Assembly: GCA_030681595.1 (NCBI GenBank) | Contig: JAUXSB010000055.1 | Coordinates: 64,364-128,363 of the forward strand | DNA from: Candidatus Omnitrophota bacterium | Lineage (GTDB): Bacteria; Omnitrophota; Gorgyraeia; Ghiorseimicrobiales; Ghiorseimicrobiaceae | DNA: 64,000 bases | Reading direction: 5' to 3' | Shown here: piece by piece, positions 58,360 to 64,000 of the stretch | How positions within the stretch are numbered: the stretch's first letter is position 1 | How the letters are laid out: every line of letters begins with the position of its first letter | The notes under the pieces: model-generated | Seen by the model: only the letters and a program-made list of their open reading frames with translations | What the model was told of the DNA's origin: nothing | Database searches by the model: none | Position numbers and translations under genes: made by a program

Positions 58360-58857
58360 ATGCCCGAGAATTTAGAGCGGATTTTACAGGGTTGTTTTCA
58401 TCCAAAAGAAGGCAGGCCTAATCTACAAAAAGTGCCGGTTAGCTCAGAGCGCGCGCAACAACACATTGACAAAGCGCACAGTAACCTTCGAGCGATGAAG
58501 ATGATGTTTGACGGTGACTTGTTTGATTGGACGATTATTTGTGGATATTACGCGATGTATCATGCTGTTTTGGCGGCTCTTTATAAAATAGGCATCCGTG
58601 CGACAGCCCATTACTGCGCGCTTGCGGCGTTTAAGGAATTCTATGTCAAGCGAGGGAAAGTAAAACCGGAATTTGTAACATATATAAATCGCGCCAAACA
58701 GCTTGAGCATAAATATTCCGAGACGTTAGATAAGGCTCAAGAGAATAGAGTTGTGGAACAGTACGGCGTTGAAATTATCACCAATGACGATGCCGAATGG
58801 ATTATTGAAGATGCGAAAGACTTTGTACTTAAGATTGAAGAAGTGCTGGCATCATAA
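58360..58857 (+). CDS. HEPN-domain protein
   Basis: HEPN-like helical region and an R-x-x-x-H motif (RATAH). Start is 2 nt after the NTase stop. Confidence 0.65.
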   Translation: MPENLERILQGCFHPKEGRPNLQKVPVSSERAQQHIDKAHSNLRAMKMMFDGDLFDWTIICGYYAMYHAVLAALYKIGIRATAHYCALAAFKEFYVKRGKVKPEFVTYINRAKQLEHKYSETLDKAQENRVVEQYGVEIITNDDAEWIIEDAKDFVLKIEEVLAS

Positions 58858-58872
58858 AGGAAAGCATAAGCT

Positions 58873-59238
58873 ATGGGAACTACAACATTTTTTCTCAGAC
58901 ATAATGATTTGAGCAAGCCATTAAACAAAATGGGTAAGGAAGAATTAGAGAAACTCAATAATCTTTCGCCCTATGGCGAAACGCAACATCATGCCGGTTG
59001 GAGCGTGCCTTTCGAGCTTCATAATGGCAATACTTATGCTCTGGTGTTTTGGAAGGGCAGGCTAATGAAAATTGAGGACGCCCCCAAGGTCCTCAATAAA
59101 AAATATTACAGTAAATACCAAGGCAGGAAAGTTAATGAGTACGAATGGACAGTCTTGAAAAAATACCTCTTGGCAGAGGTGCAAAGGCTGGATAAAGAAT
59201 TTAAGAAATTTGTTAGGAAAAAGCCGAAGAATGATTAA
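58873..59238 (+). CDS. Hypothetical protein
   Basis: 121 aa. No motif recognised. Confidence 0.3.
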   Translation: MGTTTFFLRHNDLSKPLNKMGKEELEKLNNLSPYGETQHHAGWSVPFELHNGNTYALVFWKGRLMKIEDAPKVLNKKYYSKYQGRKVNEYEWTVLKKYLLAEVQRLDKEFKKFVRKKPKND

Positions 59239-59267
59239 TTCACCGGCGCTTCAGGAGACTGTAATAA

Positions 59268-59891
59268 GTGCGGATAGTCGCTATAGGAGATACTCATACC
59301 AAACACCGGAAACTTCAGGTTCCTGATGGCGATGTTTTGGTTTTTGCGGGCGATGGCGAATTTCGCTCAGCATTAGATTTAATCGACTTTAATAACTGGC
59401 TTTCAGGATTAGGGCACGATCTTGTTATTGTTATCGCAGGGAATCATGATTTTTTCTGCGAGCGGTTTCCGAATGAAGTCGGGAAGTATTTGACCAAAGC
59501 GATTTATTTAAGAGATGAACAGTATGCCTTACCGAATGGCATGGCGCTATGGGCATCTCCGATGACTCCGACATTTTTAAATTGGGCGTTCATGGAATCA
59601 GACGACAATTTGGATAGATATTATTGGAGCAAGATACCACAAAAGACCGATGTGCTTTTGACGCATGGGTCTGCTCATGGCTATTTGGATGTTTCTCAAC
59701 CTCAAGGCGATCATTTGGGCAGTAAAACCTTGGCCGACAGAATTGAGAAGCTAAAAATTCCATATGTCATCCATGGGCACATTCATGGCAGTTATGGCAT
59801 CAAAAAAACAAAGGAAACAACTTATATCAATTGCTCCGTATTGAACGAAGACTATGACTTGGTAAATCAGCCTATAGTGTTTGACGTATAA
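59268..59891 (+). CDS. Calcineurin-like metallophosphoesterase
   Basis: GDTH, AGDG, GNHD and GHIH motifs in canonical order. Confidence 0.7.
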   Translation: MRIVAIGDTHTKHRKLQVPDGDVLVFAGDGEFRSALDLIDFNNWLSGLGHDLVIVIAGNHDFFCERFPNEVGKYLTKAIYLRDEQYALPNGMALWASPMTPTFLNWAFMESDDNLDRYYWSKIPQKTDVLLTHGSAHGYLDVSQPQGDHLGSKTLADRIEKLKIPYVIHGHIHGSYGIKKTKETTYINCSVLNEDYDLVNQPIVFDV

Positions 59892-60193
59892 AGTGTAGGG
59901 AAGAACAGAGAAGAGAAGAATGGTGAAGGAAAGAAAAGCTACAGGCATAAAGACTTGGCCGGAGGATGATAGGCCGCGCGAGAAGTTGAAGAGATAACTT
60001 CTAATTTCGAGGCCTGACCCCTATGACCCCTAAGGTTGGCGGAGAGATATATAAAGCGTCTTGAGTATCTCAATTGAGATTATCATTTCACATTTCAATG
60101 GCTGATCCCATATGAGCTTCCGCTTGTGGGTAACAGGCTTGTTTCAACATTTAAGGCCTGACCCCAAAAGTCCCTGAAATTAGGAGAAAATCA

Positions 60194-60541
60194 ATGAGTG
60201 AGATAAAAGCAATTACTGAAAAGATTAAAAAATTCAGAGATGAGCGGGAATGGATGCAGTTTCATGATCCTAAAAATATGGCAGTTTCTATCATTCTGGA
60301 GGCATCGGAGCTTCTTGAGCATTTTCAATGGAAAACGCTTGAAGAGGTTGAAAAGTATGTTAAAGAAAATCACGGCGAGATTAAAGATGAAATCGCAGAT
60401 ATATCTTTATACTTGTTTGAGTTGGCAGATAATCTGGGCATTGATTTGATTGAAGCTATGGAACATAAGCTTAAAAAGAATGAAATGAAATACCCTGCTG
60501 AAAAGGCTCGTGGCAAACATACGAAATATAATAAATTGTAA
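60194..60541 (+). CDS. MazG-family (all-alpha NTP pyrophosphohydrolase) small protein
   Basis: KKFRDEREWMQFHDPKNMAVSIILEASELLEHFQWK with the EExxE-type metal motif of MazG/HisE-like NTP-PPases. Confidence 0.65.
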   Translation: MSEIKAITEKIKKFRDEREWMQFHDPKNMAVSIILEASELLEHFQWKTLEEVEKYVKENHGEIKDEIADISLYLFELADNLGIDLIEAMEHKLKKNEMKYPAEKARGKHTKYNKL

Positions 60542-60543
60542 AA

Positions 60544-62958
60544 ATGAGATTATATTCTGGTAGTTCTCAGCAATTCATTGACGACGCAATACAAAATCAG
60601 ATCGCAGAGAAGCTTCGGCTTGCCTTTTTCAATTATTATAGGTTTTATCCTTCCCCTTCAGAAATAAATTCTTGGCGAAATTCTCTAAGAGCAGTTTGTC
60701 AAATTTTTCAACATGCTAATCTTCTTGATCACGGCATTATTCTTGAATACCAATTGCCGTTGACTTCGAAAAGATTAGATTGTTTGATTTGTGGGCGCAA
60801 TAAAGATAAAAAGGATAATGCTGTTATCTTAGAGTTGAAGCAATGGGAAAAATGCGAAGAGGCTTATGGTGAAAATGAAGTTTTGACATGGGTTGGTGGT
60901 GGGAAAAGAGAGGTTTTGCATCCTTCTGTTCAAGTTGGGCAGTATCAGATGTATCTTGAAGATACCCATACCGCTTTTAATAACGAATCGAATCCAGTTG
61001 TTCTTGATGCCTGCACGTATTTACATAATTATAATTATTACTCCGAAGATGTAATCTTTTCAAAAAAATTCCAGACAATATTAGAAAAGTATCCTTTATT
61101 TACTGCTGATGATGTAGATAAGCTCAAATACTATTTATTGGATAAATTGGCGCTTGGGGGTGGGTTAGATGTTTTAAATCGAATTGAGGAGAGCAAATAT
61201 CGTCCTAGCAAAAAATTAATGGACCACGTTGGCAATATTATAAAAGGCAAAACAGAATATGTGTTACTTGATGAGCAACTAATCGTTTATGATTCTGTTT
61301 TTTCTTGTGCAAAGCAAGGTTTCCATGATAAGCAGAAATCAGTCATAATCGTTAAGGGAGGTCCAGGTACGGGCAAATCTGCTATTGCCATTAACCTTAT
61401 GGCTGATTTATTGTTGAAGGGATATAACGCTCACTATGCAACAGGGTCAAAGGCTTTCACAACCACTTTGCGAAAGATTATCGGAGTTAGGGGTTCGGCA
61501 CAGTTCAAATATTTTAGCAGTTATGCTGGCGCAGATCTGAACATTATAGATATTTTAATTGCAGATGAAGCACATAGAATTCGTATTACTAGTAATAATC
61601 GTTTTACAAAAAGGGCAAACAAATCTGATTTATTCCAAATTGAAGAACTTTTGAAAGCTTCGAAAGTTGCTGTATTTTTTATTGATGACAATCAGGTTGT
61701 GCGGCCCAATGAGATTGGTTCGGTTTCCTATATTAAAGAAGTTGCCTCTCAAAATAAATGTAAAGTTTTTGAGTATGAGTTAGAAGCTCAGTTTAGATGT
61801 AATGGTTCTGATGCTTTTGTTAATTGGATTAATAATACTTTGGGAATTAAAAAAACAGCAAATGTTATTTGGGATCAACATGAAGAATTTGATCTTAAGA
61901 TTTTTTCTAACCCATTCGAATTAGAAAATGTTATAAAACAGAAAGTTAAAGAAGGTTCTACGGGTCGTGTAACTGCTGGATTTTGTTGGGATTGGTCTAT
62001 GCCAAATGATGATGGAACCTTAAAGGATGACGTTGTTATTGGAGATTACAAGAGGCCATGGGATGCTAAGGAAGAAGCTAGAATATTGGCACCTGGCATC
62101 CCAAGGGCTTCGCTTTGGGCATATGACCCAAACGGTATTAATCAGGTAGGCTGTATATATACGGCCCAGGGTTTTGAGTTTGATTATATTGGAGTAATTT
62201 TTGGTGAAGATTTAGTTTATGATTTTGATAAACAAGAGTGGCAAGGCAATCTACAAAAATCTGCTGATAGTGTTGTAAAGAGATCTGGAGATAAATTCGT
62301 CGAATTAGTAAAAAATACATATCGTGTTTTACTCAGCAGAGGAATGAAGGGGTGTTATGTTTATTTTATGAATAAAGATACGGAAAGATTTTTTAGGTCT
62401 AGGATAGAAGGGTTAGTTGATTATAAGGCTCAAGATTTATCTCTGTCTGAGTCTTTTGCGCAAGATTCGGATTTTGTCGATGATATTTTAAAAGAAATTG
62501 AAGAAGAGCAAAAATTTACAGAATATTTGCCTATTTATTCTTTAGCAGCCGCTTGTGGAAAGTTTGGTGAAGGCGTTGATGTGCAAATAGACAGTTGGTT
62601 TAAAGTGGCCAAGGAGGTAGTGCCTTATCGTAATATGTTTGTTTCTAAAGTTCATGGGCATTCTATGGAGCCACTTGTTCCTGACGGTAGTTATTGTTTA
62701 TTCCGAAGCGGTATTGTGGGCAGTCGCCAGAATAAGATTGTGTTAGTTCAATATAATGGGCCAGCTGATGTTGAGACTGGCGGTCGTTATACCGTAAAAA
62801 AATATACTAGCAAAAAGAAAACGAAAAAAGATGGATCGTGGGAACACGAGGACATTATACTATTGCCTTTGAATAAAGCTTATGATTCTATTGTCATTCC
62901 GAATTCAGAAGAGAGCGAGTTTAGGATTATTGCAGAATTTTTGCAAGTTTTGAAATAA
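60544..62958 (+). CDS. Three-module protein: N-terminal PD-(D/E)xK nuclease-like domain, DUF2075/SF1-like P-loop ATPase, C-terminal S24 (LexA/UmuD-like) self-cleaving peptidase
   Basis: LDCLI...VILELK is the D...ExK motif. Walker A GGPGTGKS and Walker B ILIADEAHR. C-terminus has a cleavage-site-like AAACG, then HGHSME (Ser nucleophile) and YTVKKY (Lys base). Confidence 0.65.
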   Translation: MRLYSGSSQQFIDDAIQNQIAEKLRLAFFNYYRFYPSPSEINSWRNSLRAVCQIFQHANLLDHGIILEYQLPLTSKRLDCLICGRNKDKKDNAVILELKQWEKCEEAYGENEVLTWVGGGKREVLHPSVQVGQYQMYLEDTHTAFNNESNPVVLDACTYLHNYNYYSEDVIFSKKFQTILEKYPLFTADDVDKLKYYLLDKLALGGGLDVLNRIEESKYRPSKKLMDHVGNIIKGKTEYVLLDEQLIVYDSVFSCAKQGFHDKQKSVIIVKGGPGTGKSAIAINLMADLLLKGYNAHYATGSKAFTTTLRKIIGVRGSAQFKYFSSYAGADLNIIDILIADEAHRIRITSNNRFTKRANKSDLFQIEELLKASKVAVFFIDDNQVVRPNEIGSVSYIKEVASQNKCKVFEYELEAQFRCNGSDAFVNWINNTLGIKKTANVIWDQHEEFDLKIFSNPFELENVIKQKVKEGSTGRVTAGFCWDWSMPNDDGTLKDDVVIGDYKRPWDAKEEARILAPGIPRASLWAYDPNGINQVGCIYTAQGFEFDYIGVIFGEDLVYDFDKQEWQGNLQKSADSVVKRSGDKFVELVKNTYRVLLSRGMKGCYVYFMNKDTERFFRSRIEGLVDYKAQDLSLSESFAQDSDFVDDILKEIEEEQKFTEYLPIYSLAAACGKFGEGVDVQIDSWFKVAKEVVPYRNMFVSKVHGHSMEPLVPDGSYCLFRSGIVGSRQNKIVLVQYNGPADVETGGRYTVKKYTSKKKTKKDGSWEHEDIILLPLNKAYDSIVIPNSEESEFRIIAEFLQVLK

Positions 62959-62991
62959 CTAAATAGGATTGCTTTTTAAAAATTATAATTT

Positions 62992-64000
62992 ATGAAACGA
63001 GCATATTATTCTGATTCAATTAGTAATTTTTGTAAGTCTAGCCCAGAGGAGATAGTTGGTAAGCTTGCAATAAATAATGATTTTTCCTTGGAACAAACAC
63101 AGCGTGATGCATGGTTAGAAGAAATCAATATATTACATAGAACTATTTCGTCTTTTCAGGGATCAATTTACTTTGAATATTCTATTCCGCGAATGGGACA
63201 ACGAATTGACGTGGTGCTTCTAATTGGTCCCGTGATTTTTGTTCTTGAATTTAAAATTGGTGAAGATGAATTCGCATCATATGCCATTGATCAGGTTTGG
63301 GATTATGCTTTGGATTTAAAAAACTTTCATGAATCGAGCCACGATCAGTACATTGCTCCACTTCTGATTGCTACAAAAGCTGAAAATGCCTATTCAGTTA
63401 TTTCTATAACACCACAAAATGACAAACTTCTGTTTCCTGTTAAATGTAATATAGAGATGCTCGAAAAAGTGATTAAAGATGTTTTACACTTTGTTGAAGG
63501 TGATAATATTGACCGAATACAGTGGGAAAGCGGTCGATATTGTCCAACTCCAAACATTATAGAAGCAGCTATGGCGTTATACAACGGTCACTCGGTTAGC
63601 GAAATTTCTCGCAGTGACGCAAGTGCGATTAATTTAAGCCAAACGTCAGATGCGATTTCGGCCGTTATACGTCTTTCAAAAGAAAAGTTTCAAAAATCCA
63701 TTTGTTTTGTTACGGGTGTTCCAGGCTCTGGTAAAACGCTGGTTGGGCTGAATATCGCAACTACGCATATTGATGCTTCGAATGACCTTTATAGTGTTTA
63801 TCTTTCTGGTAATGGGCCGCTTGTTGAGATTCTTCGAGAGGCATTGGCACGTGATAAAGTTCGGCTGACACAGGAGCGTGGGAATAGAATTAAAAAAGGC
63901 GAGGCTATGAGTGAAGTTAAGGCATTTATCCAAAATGTGCATCATTTTCGTGATGATTGTCTTGTCGATGTAAAATCGCCACCCATTGAGCACGTTGCAT
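62992..64000 (+). CDS. Paralogous PD-(D/E)xK nuclease plus DUF2075 ATPase protein, 3'-truncated at the window end
   Basis: RIDVVLL...FVLEFK is the D...ExK motif. Walker [10 protein letters not shown]. The frame is open to position 64000. The minus-strand track ORF 63676..63993 is spurious. Confidence 0.65.
   Translation, partial: MKRAYYSDSISNFCKSSPEEIVGKLAINNDFSLEQTQRDAWLEEINILHRTISSFQGSIYFEYSIPRMGQRIDVVLLIGPVIFVLEFKIGEDEFASYAIDQVWDYALDLKNFHESSHDQYIAPLLIATKAENAYSVISITPQNDKLLFPVKCNIEMLEKVIKDVLHFVEGDNIDRIQWESGRYCPTPNIIEAAMALYNGHSVSEISRSDASAINLSQTSDAISAVIRLSKEKFQKSICFVTGVPGSGKTLVGLNIATTHIDASNDLYSVYLSGNGPLVEILREALARDKVRLTQERGNRIKKGEAMSEVKAFIQNVHHFRDDCLVDVKSPPIEHVA

Noticed and set aside
63676-63993. 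105 aa minus-strand ORF at the window end
   Set aside because: It is overlapped by the well-supported + strand DUF2075 gene, which has Walker A and PD-(D/E)xK motifs.

Overview
This 64 kb window appears to come from an AT-rich, probably anaerobic, uncultured bacterium. Every gene I can support lies on the + strand, and I found no rRNA or tRNA genes and no CRISPR array. It contains: (1) a partial cyclophilin gene. (2) A six-gene operon for a group-4 NiFe-hydrogenase-like, complex-I-like membrane complex whose catalytic subunit lacks the Ni-Fe cysteine ligands, which makes it look like an energy-converting hydrogenase-related (Ehr) complex. (3) A ~5 kb AT-rich islet (ArsR, CarD-like, PtsN, a NifX-like domain protein and small hypotheticals) bracketed by a ~225 bp direct duplication of the hydrogenase small-subunit 3' end. 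(4) An alpha-glucan/glycogen cluster: an XRE-HTH protein fused to a CBM48 glycogen-binding domain, a GT4 glycosyltransferase, DUF4912 and two GH57 proteins. (5) The conserved 'rSAM/selenodomain-associated' cluster: GT2, DUF2064, a pyridine-nucleotide disulfide oxidoreductase, DedA and an ArsS-like radical-SAM/Cys-rich protein. (6) A PAS histidine kinase with response regulator, a thioesterase, an rRNA methyltransferase, a cyclase and a zeta-toxin-like kinase. (7) An oxidative-stress islet of desulforedoxin, catalase and a desulforedoxin-domain fusion protein preceded by tandem palindromes. (8) A candidate defence locus: HTH-ImmA/IrrE, DUF4411, an unknown protein and a stand-alone SIR2-like protein. 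(9) A TolC/MacA/MacB efflux system. (10) A B12-binding radical-SAM gene followed by a basic KRGFG-repeat protein and a tiny zinc-ribbon gene. (11) YgjP/YjbQ/nitroreductase genes followed by a lepB remnant. (12) A Cys-type NAD-linked formate dehydrogenase (NuoE/NuoF/FdhA-like) with MobB, ChrA-half and MoeA. (13) A second defence-like island: GIY-YIG, two NTase-HEPN pairs, a metallophosphoesterase, and a MazG gene coupled to a [PD-(D/E)xK nuclease - DUF2075 ATPase - S24 LexA/UmuD-like peptidase] fusion plus a paralogous nuclease-DUF2075 gene. Several families of short intergenic repeats and conserved-loop hairpins recur through the window. Every functional call is inferred from motifs visible in the translations; no searches were run.
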